This document shows positions 1 to 9,821 of a DNA stretch of 37,162 nt, piece by piece. Location of the stretch: IMG/VR virus record IMGVR_UViG_3300030330_004789, positions 1 to 37,162 of that record, one strand, 5' to 3'. This stretch comes from a virus. Taxonomy: Duplodnaviria > Caudoviricetes. Position numbers and translations under genes: made by a program. The first letter of the stretch is position 1. Every line of letters starts with the position of its first letter. The notes under the pieces are model-generated. The model was not told the origin of the DNA. It saw nothing but the letters and a program-made list of their open reading frames with translations, and ran no database searches.

Positions 1-861
1 GGCACCCAATCTCATGGATTTGTTACCTCCGATCACATAACTATAATTTCTACTGACGGTACTAAGAAGATATACGTTATGGGAGGAGACGGGGGCTCTC
101 CTGCTACTGGCACGGTGGTGGCAACAGGAGATACTATAGCTACCGCAACAACACTCCCCTCATCCATCGGTAATTTGGGCACTTGTGTAGTAGTTAAAAT
201 TCATACTTTAACACAAGCTTCACAGGTTATAAATGAAATTTGTAATGCTATTGAGGCCGCTGGTGGTCATAATGCGGGCTCAACTGATTCTAAAATAGAT
301 GTCTCCACTGCCTTGACTCCTGCGGGTAGCGCTCAATCTAGAACCTTAACTCAAAACGATGGTACCGCCGCAAATCGTCACTTGGGTAACACCGTAGTGA
401 CTGTAAGTTCTGGCTGGCCAGCAACTGTTACGATTGCTAACTTCTCTGGTGGTGGATCCGGAGGTATTTTGGCCACTTCAATAGGGGCACCAAAAATAAC
501 ATCTGTTGACCGCCTTAACTCCTTAACTTCGAACTTAACAGGCTCAAATATCGAAACTATAGCCGATGGACTTAGAAATCGCATGGTAAACCTTCAATTC
601 AACAACACAGTGGAACTAAATTCCACAGTATATTTCTGTCGTGTCAATCACAATGAGTATAATTATTCTACTAATCCAACATATCTAACAGGTAGTAAGA
701 TTAGAGTTAAGACACAATCTTCCGATTTACCAGTTTCTTACATAACAACAGTTGGACTCTATAACGATAACAATGAGCTTCTTGGGGTTGCTAAAGTAAG
801 CGAACCTCTTAAGAAAACTCCCGACACAGAACTCACGTTAAGAGTAAGATTGGATTACTAA
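1..861 (+). CDS. Virion structural protein, C-terminal part (5'-truncated; probable tail/baseplate)
   Basis: Frame +1 is open from base 1 (GTQSHGFVTSDHITIISTDG...), so ATG 79 is internal. G/S/T-rich; ends in YFCRVNHNEYNYSTNPT...YITTVGLYNDNNELLGVAK..PLKK...RVRLDY, a domain shared with the next gene. Confidence 0.7.
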   Translation, partial: GTQSHGFVTSDHITIISTDGTKKIYVMGGDGGSPATGTVVATGDTIATATTLPSSIGNLGTCVVVKIHTLTQASQVINEICNAIEAAGGHNAGSTDSKIDVSTALTPAGSAQSRTLTQNDGTAANRHLGNTVVTVSSGWPATVTIANFSGGGSGGILATSIGAPKITSVDRLNSLTSNLTGSNIETIADGLRNRMVNLQFNNTVELNSTVYFCRVNHNEYNYSTNPTYLTGSKIRVKTQSSDLPVSYITTVGLYNDNNELLGVAKVSEPLKKTPDTELTLRVRLDY

Positions 862-863
862 AA

Positions 864-2015
864 ATGTCTTATTATCGTTTCCATGAAGACGACATTTTTA
901 TAAACACTTTAGAGGCTTATCCGCAATATAGTTATTTTGTGCACAGTGGTACAATTTATATAAATAATGTTCCGCATTTACCCGGAGCCAACAGTGACAA
1001 TTCTATCGGCGTTCCGAAGGGTTATATTTCACTATACGAATATAACATAGATCGACCCACAAACAATAAGATATATCCATTTCTTGAGAAGGATGGTAAA
1101 AAACATGTTTTTAAAAAGATAAAGAATAGTCTCTACAATACTGAATTATTGTACGGAGAACAACTAACCTCCTCATATAATCTCTCAGCAAGTATATCGA
1201 GAGATTATTATTCCACCTCTACTAGATCTAGAATAAGTGCTCTGAGAAACGCTTTAGATCATTATGCTTATTTATCTCCGCACTATCAATATAGTTCATC
1301 ATTTGGCAACAAAGAGACTCAAAATATTAATTTGATATCAATACCTTCTATATTATACGGAAGTGAAATTAAAAAAGGATCAGTTAGCTTAAAATATTTC
1401 ATAACCGGTTCTTTGATTGGAGAACTACAGGATAGGAATCACAATGGTGAGCTTGTACAGGTTGGCCCCACTGGTTCGACAGGTTCTGGTTCTGTTGCTG
1501 GTGTTGTTCTCTATAAAGAGGGATTTATCGTTTTAACCGGTTCTTGGTCGCTAGACGATAAAAATATTACCTACGAGACCACTGGAAATTCGAAATGGAT
1601 TTATTTTAATTATGGCGCAAACGATGGCAATACGGTTAATTCTTCAACAACGCTTTTATCCTCTAGCTATGTTTTGGAATATAAAGGGACAACACACACT
1701 CAAGTTATGACGATGCTAGCCCATGCAAAATATGGAGAACTAAATCATTCTAATAATCCAACGTTTGTTTCTAGTTCTGATTTACAAAGAACATCAGAGC
1801 ACCGAGAGCAATATACTGAGACTCCTAAAGAAATAAAAAATATAGTACACTCAGACTTTGCTGATGAAACACCAGCATTCAAGAAAGTTACTTACATATC
1901 AAAAATTGGCATCTTTGATGAAAATAAAAAACTAATCGGGATTGCTAAAGTAGCTACTCCTGTTCGAAAAACAGAAGAAAAGCAATATACTTTTAAATTA
2001 AAATTAGATATTTAA
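864..2015 (+). CDS. Virion structural protein, paralogue of upstream gene
   Basis: Same C-terminal module (NHSNNPT...YISKIGIFDENKKLIGIAK..PVRK...KLKLDI); starts 2 nt after the upstream stop. Confidence 0.7.
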   Translation: MSYYRFHEDDIFINTLEAYPQYSYFVHSGTIYINNVPHLPGANSDNSIGVPKGYISLYEYNIDRPTNNKIYPFLEKDGKKHVFKKIKNSLYNTELLYGEQLTSSYNLSASISRDYYSTSTRSRISALRNALDHYAYLSPHYQYSSSFGNKETQNINLISIPSILYGSEIKKGSVSLKYFITGSLIGELQDRNHNGELVQVGPTGSTGSGSVAGVVLYKEGFIVLTGSWSLDDKNITYETTGNSKWIYFNYGANDGNTVNSSTTLLSSSYVLEYKGTTHTQVMTMLAHAKYGELNHSNNPTFVSSSDLQRTSEHREQYTETPKEIKNIVHSDFADETPAFKKVTYISKIGIFDENKKLIGIAKVATPVRKTEEKQYTFKLKLDI

Positions 2016-2024
2016 AAAAAATAC

Positions 2025-2053
2025 TTGACAAGTAATAAAAAATAGGTTATAAT
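2025..2053 (+). promoter_or_regulatory. Perfect-consensus sigma70-type promoter
   Basis: TTGACA (2025-2030), 17-nt spacer, TATAAT (2048-2053); A-rich tract upstream. Confidence 0.9.
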
Positions 2054-2058
2054 ATATT

Positions 2059-2577
2059 ATGATATTAGGTTTAGATATAAGTACAAGTCGAATTGGAATT
2101 TCGATTTTAAATAAGGAAGAAGAGTTGTTATTTTGTGATGCAATAAAATTAAACAACAAAACATCATTATCTTCCAGATGTATTGAATTGGAAGAATATA
2201 TAAAAAAAATTAATTACAACTATGAACATGTCTTTATAGAAGAACCATTTATGATGTTTGCTGGTGGGAAGACAACCGCAAATACCATGGCCAAACTTCA
2301 AAGATTTAATGGCATGTGCTCCTACATGATCAGAAAAGCATTTGATATAGAGCCTGTCTTGATTCCTGCCAATAAAGCTAGAAAATTAGCAGGAATTACA
2401 GTCAAAAGAGGTACATGTACTAAAACAAGGGTAATTCAATATATTCAAGCAAAATATTCAAAATTCACAGTATACTATACAAGGCACGGAAACCCAAAAC
2501 CCGGCACTGATGATAAAGCAGACTCTGTCGTTGTGGCGCTTGCTGGGATGAGATTATTAGCAACTGATTCTAAATAA
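2059..2577 (+). CDS. RuvC-like Holliday junction resolvase
   Basis: N-terminal ILGLDIS, central FIEEP, C-terminal DKADS acidic motifs of the RuvC/RNase H fold; 172 aa. Confidence 0.85.
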   Translation: MILGLDISTSRIGISILNKEEELLFCDAIKLNNKTSLSSRCIELEEYIKKINYNYEHVFIEEPFMMFAGGKTTANTMAKLQRFNGMCSYMIRKAFDIEPVLIPANKARKLAGITVKRGTCTKTRVIQYIQAKYSKFTVYYTRHGNPKPGTDDKADSVVVALAGMRLLATDSK

Positions 2578-2584
2578 AAAAAAT

Positions 2585-2613
2585 TTGACAACTATTATTA
2601 TTCATGATATATT
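2585..2613 (+). promoter_or_regulatory. Sigma70-type promoter with extended -10
   Basis: TTGACA (2585-2590), 17 nt, TATATT (2608-2613) preceded by TGn; AGGAG RBS at 2622-2626. Confidence 0.8.
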
Positions 2614-2633
2614 AATAAAACAGGAGAATAATA

Positions 2634-3569
2634 ATGGAAGAAAAATTAAAAATTGTAACAGAAATTCTAGGTGATTATAAAAGATCGTCGGGTGAATTTC
2701 TTTTTTATTGCCCTTATTGCGAACATCATAAGAAAAAAATGTCTATTAATTTTGGATTAAATGCGTGGAAATGTTGGGTTTGTGATAAGAGAGGAAAAAA
2801 CATTTATCGCATAATAAGAAAATTCGGAACTTATCAACAGAAACAAAAGTGGCTTGAGCTTGATGGGCGTCTGGATTTGTCTGAGTTTGATCAAATGTTT
2901 ATGGAGATGAATGATATTGAGGAAGCACAAACAACGGATCTACCACCAGAATTTATTTCTCTTTGTAATAAATACCTACCTAGATCTTCGCAATCTCCTT
3001 TGTCTTATTTATACAATAGAGGACTCACCAAGCAAGATATAGTTCTTTGGAAAATTGGATATTGCCCAGAGGGAAGATATGGTGGGAGAATTATAATACC
3101 TTCTTTTAATAATAAAGGAGATTGTAATTATTTTATTTCTCGCTCCTATGTTGGGCACAAAATGAAATATTTAAATCCTCCTGTTGGCAAAGATATTATA
3201 TTCAACGAACTTTATATTGATTGGACTGAGCCCATAATTTTAGTTGAAGGAGTGTTTGATGCCATAGTTGCTGGTGATAACGCGGTGCCCATACTAGGTT
3301 CGACCTTGAGAGAGGATTCTAAATTATTTCAAGCAATTGCCATAAATGATTCACCAGTCTTTTTAGCGTTAGATAATGATGCCAATAAAAAAAGAGATCA
3401 CATTATAAAGCTTTTTAGCAGGTATGACATCGATGTCAAAATTGTTGATACTTCTAATTGTGAAGATGTAGGATCTATGAGCCCAAAAGAATTTAAAAAT
3501 AGAAAACTTGTAGCTCACGAACCAGATATAAATGAAATGCTTATTATTAATAAATTGAAAAATTTATAA
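2634..3569 (+). CDS. DNA primase (Zn-finger plus TOPRIM)
   Basis: CPYC...CWVC zinc ribbon, GRIIIP, LVEGVFDA and ALDND TOPRIM motifs, EDVG. Confidence 0.9.
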   Translation: MEEKLKIVTEILGDYKRSSGEFLFYCPYCEHHKKKMSINFGLNAWKCWVCDKRGKNIYRIIRKFGTYQQKQKWLELDGRLDLSEFDQMFMEMNDIEEAQTTDLPPEFISLCNKYLPRSSQSPLSYLYNRGLTKQDIVLWKIGYCPEGRYGGRIIIPSFNNKGDCNYFISRSYVGHKMKYLNPPVGKDIIFNELYIDWTEPIILVEGVFDAIVAGDNAVPILGSTLREDSKLFQAIAINDSPVFLALDNDANKKRDHIIKLFSRYDIDVKIVDTSNCEDVGSMSPKEFKNRKLVAHEPDINEMLIINKLKNL

Positions 3570-3731
3570 TAAAATTACTAACAATAATATAGTCAAAACC
3601 GCAATCCCAGCGAGACCCGGAATCCAATGATCATCGGCTCCGTTTCTAGAGACCATATCATTGAACCCTAAAGCAACTTCAACTCCCATCCATCCAATAA
3701 TCAAAAAAATTAAAAATATGAAAAATTCCAC
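3564..3731 (-). CDS. Small two-helix membrane protein (55 aa)
   Basis: GTG start at 3731 with AGGAGG 7 nt upstream, better than the track start at 3782. Two hydrophobic segments; fills the gap between primase and the next promoter. Confidence 0.75.
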   Translation of the reverse strand: MEFFIFLIFLIIGWMGVEVALGFNDMVSRNGADDHWIPGLAGIAVLTILLLVILL

Positions 3732-3770
3732 ATGTGTTCCTCCTATCCTAAAATAATTAGAAAATTTTAC

Positions 3771-3799
3771 TTGACAGAACACTAAGGCCGTGATACAAT
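3771..3799 (+). promoter_or_regulatory. Sigma70-type promoter with extended -10
   Basis: TTGACA (3771-3776), 17 nt, TACAAT (3794-3799) preceded by TGn; GGAGG at 3813-3817. Confidence 0.85.
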
Positions 3800-3823
3800 A
3801 TAAATATACAACGGAGGAAAAGA

Positions 3824-4180
3824 ATGAAACAAGATTATTGGGATCAAAAATTTGATGACTTAAATAAAAAATATTGGAATGGGAGTCTTAAAAAGATACC
3901 CGTCACGGTTATGGCTTTGGAGGATTCATGGGGTGAATATTCTCACCCTTCTTCGAGTTTTCCGCATGTAGAACAAGAGATATATTTAGACAAAGATATG
4001 ACAACACATCAAAGAACAAATATATTACTACATGAAATGGCCCATCATTATGTCTTTGAAAATCATGGAGACGATTTCTATCATCATCATCCAAAAGTCT
4101 GGAAAGATGAAATGAAACGACTAGGATTTAAAGGTAAAATCACGATGTATACTGGTCGTTTTAAGACAAGAGAGGTATAA
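3824..4180 (+). CDS. SprT-like zinc metalloprotease
   Basis: FDDLNKKYWNGSL N-terminus, LLHEMAHH (HExxH), downstream His cluster and W-K-x-E-M helix. Confidence 0.75.
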   Translation: MKQDYWDQKFDDLNKKYWNGSLKKIPVTVMALEDSWGEYSHPSSSFPHVEQEIYLDKDMTTHQRTNILLHEMAHHYVFENHGDDFYHHHPKVWKDEMKRLGFKGKITMYTGRFKTREV

Positions 4181-4410
4181 TGAAAAAGGAAATGGTTAAC
4201 CATCCCGAACACTATAACAAAGGAAAAATAGAGGTTATAGATTTTATAAAAGATCTAGGAATGGCGAAAGATTTTTGTATTGGCAACGCCATAAAATATA
4301 TTGCAAGATACAAACATAAAAACAATCCAACAGAAGATATCAAAAAAGCAATTTGGTATTTGGAATATTTAGTGGAAATTTTAGAATCGGAGGAAAAATG
4401 TTCAAAATAG
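4180..4410 (+). CDS. DUF3310 / T7 gp1.7-like putative nucleotide kinase
   Basis: VNHPEHY..IEVID...FCIGNAIKYIARYKHK...EDIKKAIWYL signature. Confidence 0.85.
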   Translation: MKKEMVNHPEHYNKGKIEVIDFIKDLGMAKDFCIGNAIKYIARYKHKNNPTEDIKKAIWYLEYLVEILESEEKCSK

Positions 4411-7400
4411 CACACATATCAGACACACATATCAGAAATTTAAAATATCATTATGAATATAATATGGCTTTTAAAGATATGTATAAAAAATTAAAAAGAA
4501 TGAAGCCGGATATTATTATACACACAGGAGATATCGCACATACCAAAACTCAATTATCACCAGAGTTTTTTCAAATGTGCTCTAGTTTTCTATATAATCT
4601 AGGAGATATAGCACCAACTTATATCATCTTAGGAAATCACGATGGTAATCTTAAAAATGACACCAGACAGGATGCCATATCTCCAATTATAGAGGCGCTA
4701 GATCATAAAAATCTTCATCTTTTAAAGAATTCCGGAGAAACTGAACCCCTTGAAGGGCTGGTTTTAAATGTTTTATCTGTATTTGATAGAGAAAACTGGA
4801 TTAAACCAACAGATTCGAGCAAGATCAACATTGCTTTATACCATGGATCTATTCATGGTTGTCAAACTTCTCAAGGTTGGATTATGGATGAAGCAGAAGA
4901 CTCTGTTAATATTTTCAAAGATTTTGATTATGCAATGTTGGGTGATATTCATAAAGCACAGGCAATGGATAAAAAAGGCCGTGTTAGATATGCTGGTTCT
5001 ACTATTCAGCAGAACTTTGGAGAATCCATTAATAAAGGATTTTTAATGTGGAATATTGAAAGCAAAGCTACTTTCACAACACAACATATAAATGTTGTCA
5101 ATCCATGCCCTTTTATAACCATTAATCTTAACAATGATGGAACTTTTCCAAAGGTAATCGTTCCAAAGGGGTGTCGCCTACGTATAAAATCTAATGCCAA
5201 TATTTCTCCGATTAAGTTGAAAATGGCATGTGATCTAGCTAATGCTCGATGGGCCCCCACTTCGGTATCGTTTTTGAATGATGGCACCAATAATGCTTCA
5301 TCGAATTCGCTAATCGGAAAAGCCGTACAGTCTGAAAATCTGAGGGACATCGCTGTGCAGGAAAAATATATTCGAGCTTACTGTGAAGATTTAAATCTTA
5401 AAGATGAAGTTATGGATAAGATCTTAGAGCTAAACAAGAAGTATAATAAACAAATTGAAGAAAACGAGGAGGTATCTAGAAATGTTGTATGGAAAATTAA
5501 AGAAATTGAGTGGGATAACCTCTTCAACTACGGCGAAAAAAATAAAGTTAATTTTGAAAAGCTATCCGGACTTGTCGGAATCTTTGGTAAAAACTATTCC
5601 GGAAAGTCTTCTATTATCGACAGTGTGTTATATAGCATTTTTAATACGACTTCTAAGGGAGAGAGAAGAAATGTACACGTCATCAACCAAAACAAAGAAT
5701 ACGCCAAATGTAAAATAAAACTACAAGCTGGTCATGATGAATATAGGATCTCTAGAAATCTAAATAAATATACAAAAAACCTCAAAGGAAGAACAACAGT
5801 CGAAGCAAAGGTTGATTTGGATTTTTCTAAAACAACTGGTGGCGTTGTTGAGTCTTTAAATGGCACGACTAGAAATCAAAGCGATGCCAATATTCGGAAG
5901 AAATTTGGAAACATTGATGATTTCTTTTTAACCTCTATGGCTTCTCAATTAGATTCAATGTCCTTTATAAAGGAGGGCTCAACCAAGAGAAAAGAAATTG
6001 TTGCTAAGTTTTTAGATTTAAATATATTTGAACAAAAACATAAGATGGCAAAAAAAGATGGCGCCGACACAAGAGCTATCATTAAAAGGATGGAAAGCAA
6101 AAAATTTGAACAAAGAATTAAAAAGAAAAACGATACTTTGGAAGATATTCAAAGAGATATCGATGAGCAGATGGACAAATGTAAAGTATATGAAAAATCT
6201 CTCTTGAGATTTGACAAAGAACTTAATGAGATTAATCAGTTAATCTCTTCAATTCCTGCGGAGATTATTGATATAGATGATGTTGTAAGGCAAATTCATG
6301 TAAAAAAGAGACATAAGCAAAAGCTATTAGCCAACAATTTATCTCTTCTAGGAGAAATTAAGCAATATGAAGACTTTAACAAAGAATTCGATAAAACCTA
6401 CTCAGCGGATAGACATGCTGAGTTAATTTGTCGCATGGATGATGCCACGAGTTTAAATGAAGAAAAGAAGTTAATCGCAAATAAAATAAAAAGTCAAAAA
6501 ACAATTGTTACAAATTTAGAAAAAAGAGTTAAGTTGCTTGAAAATCATGAATATGATCCCAACTGTCAATATTGTATTGACAATCAATTTGTCAAAGAAG
6601 CTTACAAGGCACAGAAAAAATTACCGGATGCTATTCGAACTCTATGTAATTTTGAAAATGAAGCCTCAATAATTGACGATAGTTTAGAGAAATATGACAT
6701 CAATAGTATCAAAGTAGAGCTTGTAGCTTTAAAAGAATTGAAAGAGAAAAATTCTCATAATTTGCGAGTTATTGAGAAAAACAAATTAATAATGTCACAA
6801 AACAAAGCTAAGGTTGATCTTTATATAAATGAAATAACAAGCTTAGAGTTGAAAGAAAAAGAATATGAAGATAACAAAGAAGCGATCGAAAACAAAGGAC
6901 AACTTCATAAAGACAAGATTGCTTTACAAAAAAAGGTAAAACAGACAAATCAATCTCTTAAGAAATGTAATAATCTTACAAAAGAGTTTCTAATAGAGGA
7001 AGCAACCGTCAAGCAAGCGATAAGAAGTCTTCATGAAGAAAGAAGTGAATTTAAAGAGCTTCAAGAGGAATGGATTGCTTATGATACTTATATAAATTGT
7101 ATGCATCCAAATGGAATTTCATATGAAATTATTCAACAAAAACTTCCGATTATCAATGGGGAAGTGGCAAAGGTGCTAGCAAACATTGTTGATTTTGAGG
7201 TTTTCTTCGAGAACGATGATAAAAAACTTGAAATTTACATAAAGCATCCAAACTATGAAAAGCGCCCTTTGTCGATGGGTTCTGGTGCCGAGAAGACGAT
7301 TGCTTCCATGGCAATAAGGCTTGCTATGATAGCTATAACAAATCTTCCGAAATCCGAACTATTTATACTAGACGAACCAGCAACCGCTTTGGATCAAGAA

Positions 7401-7550
7401 CATATGGAAGGTTTTGTTAGACTACTTGGGATGATAAAGAATCAATTTAAGACTGTCTTGCTTATTTCTCACCTTGATCACTTAAAAGATGTTGTTGATA
7501 TGACCATTGATATTGAAAAAGAAAATGGTTATGCAAAAGTGAGGATATGA
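4398..7550 (+). CDS. Fused Mre11/SbcD nuclease and Rad50/SbcC ATPase (T4 gp47-gp46-like)
   Basis: ATG 4398 has GGAGG (4389-4393). Phosphoesterase motifs DTH, GD, GNHD, HG, GDIH; Walker A GKNYSGKSS; coiled coil with CQYC hook; GSGAE signature, Walker B LFILDEP, LISH. Confidence 0.92.
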   Translation: MFKIAHISDTHIRNLKYHYEYNMAFKDMYKKLKRMKPDIIIHTGDIAHTKTQLSPEFFQMCSSFLYNLGDIAPTYIILGNHDGNLKNDTRQDAISPIIEALDHKNLHLLKNSGETEPLEGLVLNVLSVFDRENWIKPTDSSKINIALYHGSIHGCQTSQGWIMDEAEDSVNIFKDFDYAMLGDIHKAQAMDKKGRVRYAGSTIQQNFGESINKGFLMWNIESKATFTTQHINVVNPCPFITINLNNDGTFPKVIVPKGCRLRIKSNANISPIKLKMACDLANARWAPTSVSFLNDGTNNASSNSLIGKAVQSENLRDIAVQEKYIRAYCEDLNLKDEVMDKILELNKKYNKQIEENEEVSRNVVWKIKEIEWDNLFNYGEKNKVNFEKLSGLVGIFGKNYSGKSSIIDSVLYSIFNTTSKGERRNVHVINQNKEYAKCKIKLQAGHDEYRISRNLNKYTKNLKGRTTVEAKVDLDFSKTTGGVVESLNGTTRNQSDANIRKKFGNIDDFFLTSMASQLDSMSFIKEGSTKRKEIVAKFLDLNIFEQKHKMAKKDGADTRAIIKRMESKKFEQRIKKKNDTLEDIQRDIDEQMDKCKVYEKSLLRFDKELNEINQLISSIPAEIIDIDDVVRQIHVKKRHKQKLLANNLSLLGEIKQYEDFNKEFDKTYSADRHAELICRMDDATSLNEEKKLIANKIKSQKTIVTNLEKRVKLLENHEYDPNCQYCIDNQFVKEAYKAQKKLPDAIRTLCNFENEASIIDDSLEKYDINSIKVELVALKELKEKNSHNLRVIEKNKLIMSQNKAKVDLYINEITSLELKEKEYEDNKEAIENKGQLHKDKIALQKKVKQTNQSLKKCNNLTKEFLIEEATVKQAIRSLHEERSEFKELQEEWIAYDTYINCMHPNGISYEIIQQKLPIINGEVAKVLANIVDFEVFFENDDKKLEIYIKHPNYEKRPLSMGSGAEKTIASMAIRLAMIAITNLPKSELFILDEPATALDQEHMEGFVRLLGMIKNQFKTVLLISHLDHLKDVVDMTIDIEKENGYAKVRI

Positions 7551-7553
7551 CAA

Positions 7554-9818
7554 TTGAAGATAAAAATTAAACGATCTCTTAAAGAAAGATATGGATTGAG
7601 CCCCACAGGTGATTTAACTGTGAGTAAGTTATTTGATGACACTGGGTTGTCATCAAATAATCAACTACAGACAACCGCCCAACAAATCGAATCGATTTTC
7701 AATAAAGATTTGGTATTTTACGATCTTGAGACTACTGGTCTGAGAAGATCTGATAGGGGAAGTGAAGGGGAAGAAAATTTTGATCCTAGCGATAGTATAC
7801 ATCAAATAGCATGTTTAAGATATTCCCTTGGTGGCAACATGGACACCCTCGACCCAGAGAAACCGAAGGATGGCTATGTAGCTAAGTGTGAGATCACAAA
7901 AGAACAAATACAAAAAACAGTCACAATTAAGAAGAAAAGAGCTTTAATTTTAGCACAAACAGCCAAAGGAGAATATTTACAATTTAAGAAGTTTATAAAT
8001 CGGGACAATCAATTTAACTATAATCCTAGCAATTCTGATGATGTTGCGACAATACAGGCTCTTTTTTTTCATATCTTTATAAATTACACAATTAAAAATA
8101 AAAAAGACGGTACCTTGAGAAAAAAGACGAGAAATGATGAAATGGTTAAAAAGATTTTGGAATATGCCAAAGGCATGCTTGACGATGGTGGTCTTCAAAG
8201 AATAGAAGAAATTTTGGATAATCTGGATCCGTCGAGGGAAGATTTGTTATATTTCTTTAAAAATATATTTGATGATTCTGGTGTACAAGCGAACCTTGGT
8301 GATCATTTTAAAGAAAAAAATAATGACACCCCATCAAAATTTATAGATAGATACAAGGCTACGACTGGGATTACCGTAGATGAAAACAAGATATTTACAA
8401 ACTATGACTCTTTTCCTTTGGAAAAATATAAAACAGAAGAATATTATCCAGCACAAGATATAAACAGCGAGAAAGATGCCTTGCAAGGAATGATGAATTA
8501 TTTCGATAGTCTTGGTCATGCGGCAGAAGATGACATTCCAACCGACGGAGACTATATCTTAGTAGGTCAAAATATAAATTCTTTTGACAATCCTTTTGTC
8601 TTAAATAGGTGTAAAGCATTGGGAATTACGAATGTTCATACATTTCAAAATTCCAGAGTATATGATACCAGATTTTTATTTCAAACAATGATAAAATACT
8701 TTAAAAATCTGGTATATTTTTACAGCCTTGGTGGTGGCAAAATGACGCCCGTCCGAAAGAAAATGTTTGATGATCAGAAAGAAAGAATTTCTAATCAAAT
8801 GGAAAAACTCAAAGCAGCCTCCAAAAAAGCCACAGAACGATTTCATACATGGCTTACCGACAATGGTTATCGCCAAAAAAAAGCTCTCAACAAACAACAA
8901 AAGATAGCACTTAAGGCTGATAAGGGAGAGGACGCTTTAGAGGAATATATAAAAATAAAAAAAGCCCACACGTACCTCAAACAACAAATAAAATCCTATA
9001 CAATATATCCGGAGCAAATTGAAAAATTCCAGAGTTTGGTTTCTACAAGCAAAGAAACTCTGAGGTATACCATACGCGATGTCGAAGAGATTCTAGTAAA
9101 TTTAACCATGGGTGGGAAACCAAAGGGAAAACTATCCACACTCATGAAGGCTTTTATTAAAGAACAACCAAAGCAAACACATACAGCCGATGACGATTGT
9201 GAAAAATTGGCGATGGTTTTGATACCATCTTTGAGAATGTTTTATAAAATTTATGAAAAAACAAAAGATTTTGTTTTAGAGGTAGACAAAATAGAAACTG
9301 TCCAAAGATACAGGACAGCCCACTGGTCTAAGTCTACCACAGATTACTATGACCCCGATGACGAAAAATGGAAAAAAATTGGCAAAGGATATGCGACACA
9401 ATCTCAAAGAACCTCCACTTCTCTTGATTTTGAGAGCGATGATAAGGTGAGGTTGAGAAAAAAAGCAGCTAAAAAGATATATGACGACGTTGCCTTTAAA
9501 GATGAAATAGTAGACATACACAAGAGCCAAGGGGAGAAAAAAATTATCAATATGTTTTATAACGAAATAGGTAAAAAAGCAAAAGTTGACGAATTAATCA
9601 AACTCTTAGATATGACCACAGATGAATCCATAAAGTGGTATCAAACAAAAATACTAAACCCTTCATCGAAAACAGGTAATTTCAGTTGGGGCGAAGGAGA
9701 TATACTTTCCATAGACGAAAACAAAAGCAAAAATAAAATTAAAATAAAAGTCTTAAGAGAAAATAAAGCCCCCAAAAACAATAAAAAATTTAAAAAAATA
9801 ATTATTAAGAGGAGATAA
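7554..9818 (+). CDS. Large DEDDh (DnaQ-like) 3'-5' exonuclease-domain protein with long insertions
   Basis: ExoI YDLETTG (~7722), ExoII GQNINSFD (~8565), ExoIII HTADDD (~9180); TTG start with GAGG upstream. Confidence 0.75.
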   Translation: MKIKIKRSLKERYGLSPTGDLTVSKLFDDTGLSSNNQLQTTAQQIESIFNKDLVFYDLETTGLRRSDRGSEGEENFDPSDSIHQIACLRYSLGGNMDTLDPEKPKDGYVAKCEITKEQIQKTVTIKKKRALILAQTAKGEYLQFKKFINRDNQFNYNPSNSDDVATIQALFFHIFINYTIKNKKDGTLRKKTRNDEMVKKILEYAKGMLDDGGLQRIEEILDNLDPSREDLLYFFKNIFDDSGVQANLGDHFKEKNNDTPSKFIDRYKATTGITVDENKIFTNYDSFPLEKYKTEEYYPAQDINSEKDALQGMMNYFDSLGHAAEDDIPTDGDYILVGQNINSFDNPFVLNRCKALGITNVHTFQNSRVYDTRFLFQTMIKYFKNLVYFYSLGGGKMTPVRKKMFDDQKERISNQMEKLKAASKKATERFHTWLTDNGYRQKKALNKQQKIALKADKGEDALEEYIKIKKAHTYLKQQIKSYTIYPEQIEKFQSLVSTSKETLRYTIRDVEEILVNLTMGGKPKGKLSTLMKAFIKEQPKQTHTADDDCEKLAMVLIPSLRMFYKIYEKTKDFVLEVDKIETVQRYRTAHWSKSTTDYYDPDDEKWKKIGKGYATQSQRTSTSLDFESDDKVRLRKKAAKKIYDDVAFKDEIVDIHKSQGEKKIINMFYNEIGKKAKVDELIKLLDMTTDESIKWYQTKILNPSSKTGNFSWGEGDILSIDENKSKNKIKIKVLRENKAPKNNKKFKKIIIKRR

Positions 9819-9821
9819 TAA

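Noticed and set aside
2059-2577. RuvC protein as TnpB/Cas12-like or transposase
   Set aside because: Too short, no Zn ribbon or guide region, no flanking repeats; context fits a stand-alone resolvase.
4353-4397. Upstream start for the Mre11-Rad50 fusion
   Set aside because: ATG 4398 has a GGAGG site and begins at the usual first strand (KIAHISD).
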